From positions 130,278 to 194,277 of the forward strand of contig CAZCGQ010000002.1 in NCBI GenBank assembly GCA_964498425.1: DNA of 64,000 nucleotides, read 5' to 3'. The stretch comes from an uncultured Gammaproteobacteria bacterium (GTDB taxonomy: Bacteria > Patescibacteriota > Microgenomatia > UBA12405 > JAHJSD01). The position numbers and the translations under genes were made by a program. A model generated the notes under the pieces. The model made no database searches, was not told where the DNA came from, and saw only the letters and a list, made by a program, of their open reading frames with translations. Each line of letters begins with the position of its first letter. The first letter of the stretch is position 1. This document shows positions 37,001-45,989 of this stretch, piece by piece.

Positions 37001-37094
37001 AATTCGTTTATCGGTTACGGTGAAGAAACGCGTATCGTATTTCGGTTAAAGGTAACGTAACCGTCATACGATTGACGATTCGAGCCTCGTAACC

Positions 37095-37319
37095 CTAACC
37101 TTTTTTAGACGATTCCTTTGCTAATTTTCGCTTTCTCTCAAACTTTTCTATCCGACCTTCTGTATCCAAATACTTGGTTTCACCAGTAAAAAAGGGATGA
37201 CAAGCCGAACAAATTTCAACTTCAATCTCTGGTAAAGTCGACCCAGTGGTAAAAGTGTTACCACAAGTACAAGTCACTTTAGCATCATCATGGTATTTTG
37301 GATGGATTCCTTTTTTCAT
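37095..37319 (-). CDS. rpmE: 50S ribosomal protein L31
   Basis: [10 protein letters not shown]...CTCG...[10 protein letters not shown] zinc-ribbon L31. Confidence 0.85.
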   Translation of the reverse strand: MKKGIHPKYHDDAKVTCTCGNTFTTGSTLPEIEVEICSACHPFFTGETKYLDTEGRIEKFERKRKLAKESSKKG

Positions 37320-37343
37320 TGCCAAGCTATTATAACACAACAA

Positions 37344-38483
37344 CTATCTCTCTCCCAACTTAACTGAAGCTGTTTTATCCTCTCCTCCCCGCCAATATTC
37401 AATTTCAATTGTCTCCCCTACCCGCTTTTGATTAACAATTTCAGCAATGTCATTTTCTCCTTCTGCAATCCGCTTACCGTCAAGACGCGTAATGATATCC
37501 CCTTCTTCCAAATCTGCCTGTTCAGCGGCAGAATTTTCAACTACATTTCGAACATAGGCCCCTTGAGGAACCTCATTTAACAAAGCCGACCGTTCTGAAA
37601 TCATTTGATATTCAACTCCCAAGAACGCTCGCTGAAACTCCCCGGTTTCTTCAAAAGTTTGCAGGCTGTCTTTAACAATATTAATTGGAATAGCAAAGCC
37701 AATATTCTCGGCCTGCCCAGCAACGGCTACATTTACTCCAATAACTTGACCGGCAGAATTAATCAACGGCCCACCGGAATTACCGGGGTTTATGGCGGCA
37801 TCAGTTTGGATAACATTATCTATCCGCTCAACATAACCCTCGTAGATAGAGCCAGCGGTAATCCCCCGCCCTAAACCGGAAATAACTCCCGTAGTCACTG
37901 TGTGCCGAAACTCACCCAAAGCGGTTCCAATTGCAACTACTAATTGTCCAACCTGAAGCTCTTCAGAATCGCCTAATTCAATTGCTGGCAAATCAGAATC
38001 TACTTTTAAAATTGCCAAGTCATTAGCCGGGTCTCGGTATATATCCGCAACTTCATACTCCTCCCCGTTTTGGTCAATTACTCTGTATTCGGCAGAAGGG
38101 TCATTAACAACGTGCTTATTGGTTATGACTAAGCCTTCTTTAGGTATAAAACCAGAACCAATATTTTGTTCAATTCGCCGCTGTTCGGTTTCAAAATTAA
38201 AAAAACCAAAGGGGTCAAAATTCAACTGCGGAACTCGCTGGGTTTTACTTATTGAAACAGTAACTACCGAAGGAGCTGAATCTTCAACAACATTAATAAT
38301 TACCGATTCTTCCTTGAGAACCTTTCTTTCAACGTAAGCTTCTCCCGACTGACCGGTTACAGGAAAATATTGATTTAAAAATCCTAACCAGCCTAATCTA
38401 TCTGCTATTCCACCAAAAAGAACTGCAACTAAAAGTAAAAAGCCAACCCCAAAACCGGCTAAAAAGAATTTAATTTTTTTCAT
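37344..38483 (-). CDS. HtrA/DegP-family serine protease with a C-terminal PDZ domain
   Basis: N-terminal TM. Catalytic triad context: ITNKHVV (His), DLAIL (Asp), GNSGGPLIN (Ser). The PDZ domain carries GAYVRNVVENSAAEQADLEEGDIITRLDG. Confidence 0.85.
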   Translation of the reverse strand: MKKIKFFLAGFGVGFLLLVAVLFGGIADRLGWLGFLNQYFPVTGQSGEAYVERKVLKEESVIINVVEDSAPSVVTVSISKTQRVPQLNFDPFGFFNFETEQRRIEQNIGSGFIPKEGLVITNKHVVNDPSAEYRVIDQNGEEYEVADIYRDPANDLAILKVDSDLPAIELGDSEELQVGQLVVAIGTALGEFRHTVTTGVISGLGRGITAGSIYEGYVERIDNVIQTDAAINPGNSGGPLINSAGQVIGVNVAVAGQAENIGFAIPINIVKDSLQTFEETGEFQRAFLGVEYQMISERSALLNEVPQGAYVRNVVENSAAEQADLEEGDIITRLDGKRIAEGENDIAEIVNQKRVGETIEIEYWRGGEDKTASVKLGER

Positions 38484-39708
38484 TAATGACCTCCAAACCC
38501 TTTTCCAAAATTAAATCTTCTTCTTCCTCTTCAGTTCCTTCCTGTTCTTCTTTTAACTCAACAACAACCTCCGGTTGAAACCCATCTTCATTTATCGAAG
38601 ATTCATCCGGCAGTAACCAGTGGGCGGTGGTAATATGCAGCCCAGCTTCATCAGGCAATTGTTCCGGTTCTTGAATTGTCCCCTTTCCAAAAGTAGTCCG
38701 ACCAACAACCGTTGCTCGTTGATAATTACTTAACGCTCCGGCTAAAATTTCCGAAGCCGAGGCTGAACCATTGTTAACCAAAACAACCAAAGGGATTTCC
38801 ATTAAACTACCTGACCGTTCAACTTCATACTTTTGCTTAACTCCACGATAATCCTCCTGCCAAACAACGTTTTTTCCCTTTTCTAGAAATTCCCCAGCAA
38901 CATAAACCGCTCCGTACAAATAACCGCCTGGATTATTCCTCAAATCCAAAATCATTCCACCAAATTGGGCCTCATTTTTACGCTGATTAACTTCCTTGAC
39001 CCACTTGTCCCACTCCTTATTCATCCGTTCACTAAATTGAAGCATATGGGCGTAAGCAATGTCTTTACCATTAACACTTTTCCACTCAGTTTCCAAAGCC
39101 GGGATTTCAATTTCGCCCCGAGTTATCTCCACCTCAAACGGTTCCGGACGGGATTGACGGGATAAGGTTAAGGTGAGTTTATCACCAATTTCGCCTCGAA
39201 TAAGCTTAACTGCTTCTGGCAAAGTGATATCCTCTGTTGTCCGGTCAATTCCATTGTTTTCATCGACAATTTTTAAAATATAATCTCCTGCTTCAATTCC
39301 AGCTTTGTCCGCCGGAGTGTTCTTCAAAGGTGAAATTACTGCCAACTGCATGTCTTTATAACCCAATCGAATACCTACCCCCCCGAAACTACCGGTCAAG
39401 TTTTCCTGACTGACTTCATTATCATCTGGCGGAAGATAGACGGTATAAGGATCTCCCAAAGAATCAACCAATCCTGAAATAGCTCCCTGGACCATTTCCT
39501 CTGAATCCAATTTTTCCTTGTTCAGGTACTTGCTTTCCAGTTTATTCCAAACTAACCAAAAATTTGATAAATCAACATTTTTGGGATTAGCGGAACTAAA
39601 ATTATTTCTTGACAAACCATAGCGATAACCTCCATAGCCAGCAATCAAAATAATTCCCAAAACTAAAACCAACTGTCGAACTTTTCTTAATATATTTTTT
39701 TTAGTCAT
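38470..39708 (-). CDS. Carboxyl-terminal processing protease (S41, CtpA-like) with a PDZ domain
   Basis: PDZ domain GVGIRLG...TPADKAGIEAGDYILKI. The S41 catalytic region is GSASASEILAGAL...TFGKGTIQ. Confidence 0.85.
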   Translation of the reverse strand: MTKKNILRKVRQLVLVLGIILIAGYGGYRYGLSRNNFSSANPKNVDLSNFWLVWNKLESKYLNKEKLDSEEMVQGAISGLVDSLGDPYTVYLPPDDNEVSQENLTGSFGGVGIRLGYKDMQLAVISPLKNTPADKAGIEAGDYILKIVDENNGIDRTTEDITLPEAVKLIRGEIGDKLTLTLSRQSRPEPFEVEITRGEIEIPALETEWKSVNGKDIAYAHMLQFSERMNKEWDKWVKEVNQRKNEAQFGGMILDLRNNPGGYLYGAVYVAGEFLEKGKNVVWQEDYRGVKQKYEVERSGSLMEIPLVVLVNNGSASASEILAGALSNYQRATVVGRTTFGKGTIQEPEQLPDEAGLHITTAHWLLPDESSINEDGFQPEVVVELKEEQEGTEEEEEDLILEKGLEVINEKN

Positions 39709-40225
39709 TGCTTGGAATTAACAAACAACCATTATCCGCATCTAGTAAACATTTTACTCCGTTCCCTTTTTTTATCAACTTCGCCCCCGCCTTGTCAACC
39801 TGCAAACCGGGTATTCCCCAGTTAATTCCCAACTCCGTTTGCTCAGTAACCACCAACCCGCTGACTCCCAAAGCTTTGGCTTTAGCCACTAAATGCGAAG
39901 TTATATTAACATCTGAAGTTAGAACTATCTTACCCCGAAAGCTGGAATCCAAAGTTGAATAGTTTAATTCCGGGAAGCTAACTAGTTCCCCCCATTGACG
40001 TCCTTCCCCTAATCCTTTTCCACTTACTTTTTCTGATTTAAACTCTAATTTAATTTTTCTTTCGTCAATTTCACTAACCTTGCCGCTTACTGGAGCCTTA
40101 ATCTGACAATTCTTGTTTTCTGCTAATGTTTGATCTTCTGACACCATTTGGCCGCTTTCAACCAAAACATCAGTTTCTTCTGGTAAATTAACTACCCACA
40201 AAGTTTTACTCATTATCCTAGCCAA
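39701..40225 (-). CDS. Hypothetical protein (174 aa)
   Basis: ORF only. Confidence 0.35.
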   Translation of the reverse strand: MARIMSKTLWVVNLPEETDVLVESGQMVSEDQTLAENKNCQIKAPVSGKVSEIDERKIKLEFKSEKVSGKGLGEGRQWGELVSFPELNYSTLDSSFRGKIVLTSDVNITSHLVAKAKALGVSGLVVTEQTELGINWGIPGLQVDKAGAKLIKKGNGVKCLLDADNGCLLIPSND

Positions 40226-40457
40226 CGCGAGTTATAAAGGGGAGTAGCCCTAAATGCCGGGCATGCTTAACCGCTTTAGCTAGTAACCTTTGGTGTTTAG
40301 CACAAACACCAGTTTTCTCGCGAGACAAAATTCGCATACGAGGAGACAAATAATTCTTCAGATCCTCATAATCCTGCCACCTCGGCATTGTGCCCGTTCG
40401 GCAAAAATTGCAATCCCTCTTAACCGGTTGTTCTTTTTTTCTTCTTCTTCGAGCCAT
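40218..40457 (-). CDS. rpsR: 30S ribosomal protein S18
   Basis: MARRRRKKEQPVKRDCNFC...YLSPRMRILS...CAKHQRLLAKAVKHARHLGLLPF. Confidence 0.85.
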   Translation of the reverse strand: MARRRRKKEQPVKRDCNFCRTGTMPRWQDYEDLKNYLSPRMRILSREKTGVCAKHQRLLAKAVKHARHLGLLPFITRVG

Positions 40458-40459
40458 AA

Positions 40460-40960
40460 TTAAAACGGAATGTCTTTATCTTCCTCCTCTTGACTATCTT
40501 CAAAATCTTCTTCAATGCTCTTTTCCCCCTTAGACTCGTCCTCACCGCTTACTTCATCCTCTTCTTCTACCGGAGGCTGCTCTTCATCTTCCGGTTCCTC
40601 GACGGATTGAGAACTTGATTCATCCCGTGAGCTGAGGAGAATCATATCATCAATAACCACCTCTGTTGTTTGACGCTTAACATTATCATCGCCAGTCCAC
40701 TCCCGGTACTGAATTCGTCCGCCAACATAAACTTTAGCACCTTTAAAAAGAAGCTGAGCACAAAGCTCTGCCAACTGGCTCCAGGCAACAATTCGATGAA
40801 ATTGAGCCGCCTCTTTCTCATCCCCATCACTGGTTGTCCATCGACGGTTTGTCGCTAACCCAAAATTGCAAACTGCTGTCCCTCCGGGAGTATAGCGTAA
40901 CTCTGGATCCCGGGTGAGATTACCTAATAACATTACCCGATTTAGACAACGTGTTGACAT
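40460..40960 (-). CDS. ssb: Single-stranded DNA-binding protein
   Basis: OB fold (RVMLLGNLTRDPELRYT) and an acidic C-terminal tail ending DIPF. Confidence 0.85.
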   Translation of the reverse strand: MSTRCLNRVMLLGNLTRDPELRYTPGGTAVCNFGLATNRRWTTSDGDEKEAAQFHRIVAWSQLAELCAQLLFKGAKVYVGGRIQYREWTGDDNVKRQTTEVVIDDMILLSSRDESSSQSVEEPEDEEQPPVEEEDEVSGEDESKGEKSIEEDFEDSQEEEDKDIPF

Positions 40961-40970
40961 AAATCCTCCT

Positions 40971-41261
40971 TCAACTAGCTTTTAATAATAAATAACGAAT
41001 AATTGTTTCATTGCGATTAAGGTAAGTATTCAACGAGGAGAAGTCAGCACTGTCCAACACTTCAAAATTCCAGATCCAGAATTTTGCTTGATCATTACCC
41101 TTAATTTGATAAGTCAACTTCTTACTTCCCCAATCCTTTTGGTCAGTAATTTTTGCCTTAATTAATTTTAATTGCTTTTCTAGCTCTGAGAAGATTTCTT
41201 TCAATTCTTTTTCTTCACTTCCCGTCGGCGTTAAAAAAACAAACTCATATTCAACAGCCAT
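40971..41261 (-). CDS. rpsF: 30S ribosomal protein S6
   Basis: MAVEYEFVFLTP...Strong AGGAGGA RBS 4-10 nt upstream. It forms the classic rpsF-ssb-rpsR operon. Confidence 0.8.
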   Translation of the reverse strand: MAVEYEFVFLTPTGSEEKELKEIFSELEKQLKLIKAKITDQKDWGSKKLTYQIKGNDQAKFWIWNFEVLDSADFSSLNTYLNRNETIIRYLLLKAS

Positions 41262-41277
41262 TATCCTCCTATTATAC

Positions 41278-42699
41278 TTATTCCCCTCTACTTTCGTCAA
41301 GAGGTTTTATTTGATAACCAGATGGGGCATCAATAACCTGATAACCCTTACTCTCTATTTTCAACCTCAATTCATCGGCCTGATCCCAATCTCCCTCTTC
41401 TCGAACCGTTTCTCTTTGGCCTACCAATTCCACTACTTCAGCAGGTATATTAATTTCTTTTTCTTCCCTAATTAAATCCAACCCCAACACCCGATCAAAT
41501 TTTTCCGCTAAGTATCTTTTCTCTCCCTCAGACAAATCTTTTTTTAAACCTTCCCAAAAAACAGCTAAAGCTTGAGGAACATTCAAATCATTAGCTAAGG
41601 CCTGCTTGAATTCAGTTTCAATTTCAATAACCCGTGGAGTTTTTTCAATTTTCTTTCCCGCGGGAATAGAATTTAACAGGCTATTTCTCGATCGACGAGA
41701 ATTTGCTAAGCCATCCCAAGAAAAATTTATTTGTTTCCGATAATGGCCAGTTAAATAAAAATATCTTAAGTCTAGAAGATTAAAACCCTCATTAATAATG
41801 TCAGCCAAGTTATAAGCATTTCCTAGGCTTTTGCTCATTTTTCCTCCATCAATAAGTAAAAAGGCACCATGTATCCAATATTTAACGAACGGTTTTTTCC
41901 CAGTTGCCGCTTCCGCTTGAGCTATTTCATTTGGATGGTGAGTACTCCTTAAATCCTCTCCACCAACGTGAATATCAAATTGCTCACCCAAATATTTCAT
42001 ACTCATTGCTGAACATTCAATGTGCCAACCGGGAAATCCCTTTCCCCAAGGACTTGGCCACTCCATATCTCTTTTTTTATCAGTCGGACTAAATTTCCAT
42101 AAAGCAAAATCTCTCGGATCTTTTTTTTCCAGATTTTTTTCTACTCTTGCTCCGGGTTTTATTTCATCGAGAGTTGATAAATCCCCATAATTGTTTCCTT
42201 TTTTCTCAAACTGCTGAACATCAAAATAAATCCCATCACTTGTTTGATAAGCAAAGCCCATTAATTCAATTTTTTTAATCAATTTTATTTGCTCATCAAT
42301 ATGTTCCGTTGCTTTAGGAAGAACATCCGGCTTAAGTATATTTAGTTTTTCTAATCCAGACAAGAATTCGTCGGTATAGTGATTAGCAATCTCCCAAGCC
42401 GTTTTTCGCTCCTTTAAAGCCGCTTTTTCTAATTTATCTTCACCGCTATCAGCATCATCAGTTAAATGACCTACATCAGTAATATTCATAACGTGGGTTA
42501 CCTTATAATTAAAATATTGAAGACTCCGACTTAAAAGATCACTCAAAACATAGGTCCTCCAGTTCCCAATTGTTACATATGAATAGACAGTCGGGCCGCA
42601 GGTATACATACTAACCTTTCCCTCTTCAATTGGCTGGAAAACTTCTTTCTTATTGGTCAGGGAGTTAAATAGCTTAATTGTGGCCACCTTTGATTTCAT
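41278..42699 (-). CDS. cysS: Cysteinyl-tRNA synthetase
   Basis: Carries the HIGH-region equivalent (CGPTVYSYVTIGN), Zn ligand region WHIECSAM, and KMSKSLGN. Confidence 0.9.
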   Translation of the reverse strand: MKSKVATIKLFNSLTNKKEVFQPIEEGKVSMYTCGPTVYSYVTIGNWRTYVLSDLLSRSLQYFNYKVTHVMNITDVGHLTDDADSGEDKLEKAALKERKTAWEIANHYTDEFLSGLEKLNILKPDVLPKATEHIDEQIKLIKKIELMGFAYQTSDGIYFDVQQFEKKGNNYGDLSTLDEIKPGARVEKNLEKKDPRDFALWKFSPTDKKRDMEWPSPWGKGFPGWHIECSAMSMKYLGEQFDIHVGGEDLRSTHHPNEIAQAEAATGKKPFVKYWIHGAFLLIDGGKMSKSLGNAYNLADIINEGFNLLDLRYFYLTGHYRKQINFSWDGLANSRRSRNSLLNSIPAGKKIEKTPRVIEIETEFKQALANDLNVPQALAVFWEGLKKDLSEGEKRYLAEKFDRVLGLDLIREEKEINIPAEVVELVGQRETVREEGDWDQADELRLKIESKGYQVIDAPSGYQIKPLDESRGE

Positions 42700-43228
42700 T
42701 TTTGCCCCGTTGGGCGATTAATGCTGTTCCTCGCTTTTGTTTGCTTCCGGTTTCATCCAAAGGACCTTGGCCCGGCCCACCGGCCATCTGAGCCTCTTTT
42801 TTCGCCTGCTCTTCCTCAGCTTCTCGTTGAGCTTTCATTTCTTCTAACAACTGTTCTTCCTCATCTTCCTTGTCTTTTTTCTTTTGACGAACCTGCTGAA
42901 TTTCCTGATCAACATCTCGGCCGCCCACTTGTGGAGCTTTCTTTGGACTTACCTTCGGCTTGTCGTCAGGATTGTTAATACTCTGCTGCAGCTGTTCAAT
43001 TTCCTGGTCAGTTTTATCCTTATTCATTTCCTTTAGCTGATCCAGACTTATATTGTTCTTGCCATTGTCACCCTGTTTTTTACCGTCACTGCCGCCACCA
43101 ATCATTTCTCCAGCCGCTTCTTCAGCCGCTTGACCAGCCTGCTTAGCTGCTTCCTTAACCGTCTCACCGGCTACTTGGCCCAGTCCTTTAACAGTATTTG
43201 ATAAGATTTTAGGTTTGTTTGCCATCAA
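42674..43228 (-). CDS. Hypothetical low-complexity K/E/Q/G-rich protein (184 aa)
   Basis: ORF with strong compositional bias, likely disordered. Confidence 0.3.
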   Translation of the reverse strand: MMANKPKILSNTVKGLGQVAGETVKEAAKQAGQAAEEAAGEMIGGGSDGKKQGDNGKNNISLDQLKEMNKDKTDQEIEQLQQSINNPDDKPKVSPKKAPQVGGRDVDQEIQQVRQKKKDKEDEEEQLLEEMKAQREAEEEQAKKEAQMAGGPGQGPLDETGSKQKRGTALIAQRGKNEIKGGHN

Positions 43229-43506
43229 AGGCCCATCCCTTCTAACGGACCGCCGCCAATTTCCTGCATTTTCTTGGCCGCCATCTTCTGTGATTTTTTA
43301 ATTGCCTTGTTAATTGCATCAACCAAATTCTTATTTTCCTCACCATTAATCAATACTTGCTTCAGCTTTTGAGTTCCATCCATAATAACCTTTATCCCTT
43401 TGTCCTCAATTTCAACCTCTTCTTTTCCCAAAGCCTTCTTCATCTTAACTGCTTGATCTCGCAGTTTTTTCAACTTGCCTAGTTTTTTAAATTTATCTAA
43501 AGCCAT
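43225..43506 (-). CDS. ybaB: YbaB/EbfC nucleoid-associated protein
   Basis: 93 aa with MALDKFKKLGKLKKLRDQAVKMKK...It sits immediately downstream of dnaX, as is typical. Confidence 0.8.
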   Translation of the reverse strand: MALDKFKKLGKLKKLRDQAVKMKKALGKEEVEIEDKGIKVIMDGTQKLKQVLINGEENKNLVDAINKAIKKSQKMAAKKMQEIGGGPLEGMGL

Positions 43507-43529
43507 AATTCACCTCCTTCATCATCTAA

Positions 43530-44972
43530 TTATCCAAATATATCCTTAGCTGCATTATACAAATCTTTCTTCTTATCTCCAAGTATACATTTTATCTTAA
43601 CATAACCATTAAAAACCTTTTCAACTCCCTGCTCAACAATTTGCCGATTACGATGCTCCTCCAATTTGTCTTTATGAAAAGGATAAAAAACTTCTAAAAT
43701 TAAGTTTTCGCCCTCAATTCTTTTCGGCTGAGCCGCCTTTAAAAAAGCAGCAACAGAGTGATTCATCGGCTTAACTGCCTCTAATAAATTATCCCAATTT
43801 TCTCTAATTTCTTCAATGCTCATTTCAATCTTTTCTTTACTTGAACTTGGTTCAACTTTTTCAATTTTAACCTTCTTCTTCGGTTTTTGTTTAGGCTTTT
43901 TCTTAGTTTTGGCCGCTTTTTCTGAACCTGCCTCCTCACCAAGATATTTAATCACAGCTAATTGAAAGGATAACTGCGGAATTAAGGCATTTTTTTGACG
44001 GTAAGACGCCTCTGAAAACAAATCTGATAAACTAACTAGATCCCCTACCTCAAAATTGTCCGCGATTTCCTTCAACTGACTATCCTTCTCAACTCCGGTT
44101 TTAACCAAAATCAATTGTTGAATCAGGCCTAAAAGCCGCTTGAAATAATCACTAAACGATGCCCCTTCTCCAGCCAATTCTTCTCCAATGGCAATCAACT
44201 CATCTACTTTTTTTTCGGCAATTAATTTAATAACCGTCTCCGGCCTCCTTTTTTTCCAATTTCCAAGCAAATTTCTAGCTTCATCCCATTTAATTTCAGA
44301 CCCCAAGTTAAGCGTCAAATTTTCCAGCATTTTTTGAGCATCACGAAAACCGCCCTCAGACAAACCAACAATTTCATTGATAACCTTCTTATCTACCTCT
44401 AAGTCTTCTCCATCAATGACTTTTTGCAAACTCCGCTTAACCTCAGCTTCTGTCCCATGCCGAAAATCAATCCGCATTAATCTCGACATAACCGTCGGAA
44501 TTATTTTGTCGGGGTCAGTCGTACAAAGAACAAAAATTACGTGACTTGGCGGTTCTTCCAACGTTTTCAATAAGGCATTAAAAGCTTGATTAGTCAACAT
44601 GTGAACCTCATCGATAATATAAACCTTGAATTTGCCCTTAATGGGAGATAGCCCAATTTTCTCCTTTAATTCCCGAATATCATCAATACCTCGATTGGAA
44701 GCAGCATCTATTTCAACAACATCTAAGCTGGTACCCCGGGTAATTTCTAAACAAGATTCACACTGATTGCACGGCTCAAAACCTTTGCCCTCCTGACAAT
44801 TCACGGATTTTGCTAAAATTCGAGCAGCCGAAGTTTTTCCAGTTCCTTTTGGTCCGGCAAATAAAAAGGCGTGAGGAACAGAATCCTTGTTAAGGATTTT
44901 TTGTAACTCTTGACGAACACTAGCTAAATCTAGATCTTGAATAGTTTGAGGTCGATATTTTAAAAAATACAC
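43530..44972 (-). CDS. dnaX: DNA polymerase III subunit gamma/tau
   Basis: Walker A GPKGTGKTS, a Zn module (CNQCESC), Walker B/DEAD-like IIDEVHML, the SRC motif, and a Lys-rich C-terminal region. Confidence 0.85.
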   Translation of the reverse strand: MYFLKYRPQTIQDLDLASVRQELQKILNKDSVPHAFLFAGPKGTGKTSAARILAKSVNCQEGKGFEPCNQCESCLEITRGTSLDVVEIDAASNRGIDDIRELKEKIGLSPIKGKFKVYIIDEVHMLTNQAFNALLKTLEEPPSHVIFVLCTTDPDKIIPTVMSRLMRIDFRHGTEAEVKRSLQKVIDGEDLEVDKKVINEIVGLSEGGFRDAQKMLENLTLNLGSEIKWDEARNLLGNWKKRRPETVIKLIAEKKVDELIAIGEELAGEGASFSDYFKRLLGLIQQLILVKTGVEKDSQLKEIADNFEVGDLVSLSDLFSEASYRQKNALIPQLSFQLAVIKYLGEEAGSEKAAKTKKKPKQKPKKKVKIEKVEPSSSKEKIEMSIEEIRENWDNLLEAVKPMNHSVAAFLKAAQPKRIEGENLILEVFYPFHKDKLEEHRNRQIVEQGVEKVFNGYVKIKCILGDKKKDLYNAAKDIFG

Positions 44973-44973
44973 A

Positions 44974-45327
44974 TTACTTAGTTAAATTGCCTATTCCATG
45001 TTCTAAAAGTTCCTTAATTATTTCATTAACCATCCGCTGACGCTGACGGGCTTCCTTTCTGGCTAAAGGAAAACAAATAACCAAATCTCCTAGTCTTAAC
45101 ACCCCATCCGGACCTTTTTCATTCATTGGAAAGGCTAACACCTTGGGAATATAATCCTTATTTCGATAATCCTTATTTAAACTTTTTGCTTTCCGTTTAC
45201 CAACAAAGTTTATACTCAACTCTATTTTATCCGGCAGATCATACTCACTTAAGATTGTTTTAGCAATCTTTCTGATTTCCTTAACATCCAAAGGATAGCG
45301 GGGGTCCTTCTTAATTAAAATTTTCAT
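44974..45327 (-). CDS. ybeY: YbeY-like endoribonuclease with a truncated/degenerate His-triad
   Basis: VLAFPMNE...LGDLVICFP matches the YbeY core (VLSFPFE...LGDLVIC). The C-terminus ends ...LLEHGIGNLTK, so the HGxLHLxGYDH zinc site is incomplete. Confidence 0.55.
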   Translation of the reverse strand: MKILIKKDPRYPLDVKEIRKIAKTILSEYDLPDKIELSINFVGKRKAKSLNKDYRNKDYIPKVLAFPMNEKGPDGVLRLGDLVICFPLARKEARQRQRMVNEIIKELLEHGIGNLTK

Positions 45328-45746
45328 TTTAATTCTTCTTTAACGACTTCGGCAACAACGTTTCCTTCCGCCTTTCCCTTCAACTTATTCATTACTTGTC
45401 CCATAACTTCTCCAAAATTGGGCTGCTCCAGTTGACTAATAATCTCGTCAACTGTTTCTTTCACCTCATCCTTGGACATCATTTCCGGTAAATATTTTTC
45501 TAAAATCTCTATTTCCCGCTTTTCGTTGCTAACCAAATCCTCTCTTTCAGCCTTTTGGAACATCTCTAAGGCCTCTTTCTTAGCCTTCATTTCCTTTTGT
45601 AAAACCTTTATCGGCTCAAACTTCTCCGCCCTCGCCTGTTCGGTTTGAAGAAGAGAAAGCAGATACTTTAACGTTTCAGCTAACTGCTTTTCTCCTGATT
45701 TGGTCGCATTATGAATATCCTTACGGATTTTTTCAATTAAATTCAT
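45324..45746 (-). CDS. GatB/YqeY-domain protein
   Basis: 140 aa of typical YqeY helical bundle (…NKLKGKAEGNVVAEVVKEEL). Confidence 0.75.
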   Translation of the reverse strand: MNLIEKIRKDIHNATKSGEKQLAETLKYLLSLLQTEQARAEKFEPIKVLQKEMKAKKEALEMFQKAEREDLVSNEKREIEILEKYLPEMMSKDEVKETVDEIISQLEQPNFGEVMGQVMNKLKGKAEGNVVAEVVKEELK

Positions 45747-45748
45747 TT

Positions 45749-45922
45749 TTAATTGCTCCTTTTTAAAGCCTTCTTTTTTTCGTGCCTTTTTTGGGACGGC
45801 TTAACAAACTCTTGTTTATCCCTAATATCATCTATTATATTCGTTTGTTTTATGAGCTGATAAAACCGGTTGAGCATATCATGTATTGATTCTCCTTTTT
45901 TTCTTTTGACAACAAGTGGCAT
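45749..45922 (-). CDS. rpsU: 30S ribosomal protein S21 (57 aa; below the supplied 60-aa ORF cutoff)
   Basis: Manual translation MPLVVKRKKGESIHDMLNRFYQLIKQTNIIDDIRDKQEFVKPSQKRHEKKKALKRSN. A GGGAGGTG RBS lies upstream. It sits in the conserved rpsU-yqeY neighbourhood. Confidence 0.75.
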   Translation of the reverse strand: MPLVVKRKKGESIHDMLNRFYQLIKQTNIIDDIRDKQEFVKPSQKRHEKKKALKRSN

Positions 45923-45989
45923 TGCATATGAACACCTCCCTTCTCTAATTTAGTTTAACAAAGATTGACTTGAAGAACAATAATCAAAA

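Noticed and set aside
36998-37094. Programmed +1 frameshift (prfB-style) or upstream exon supplying RF domain 1
   Set aside because: There is no CTT TGA C shift site. The 95-nt gap has in-frame TGA/TAA stops and is far too short for a ~110-aa domain.
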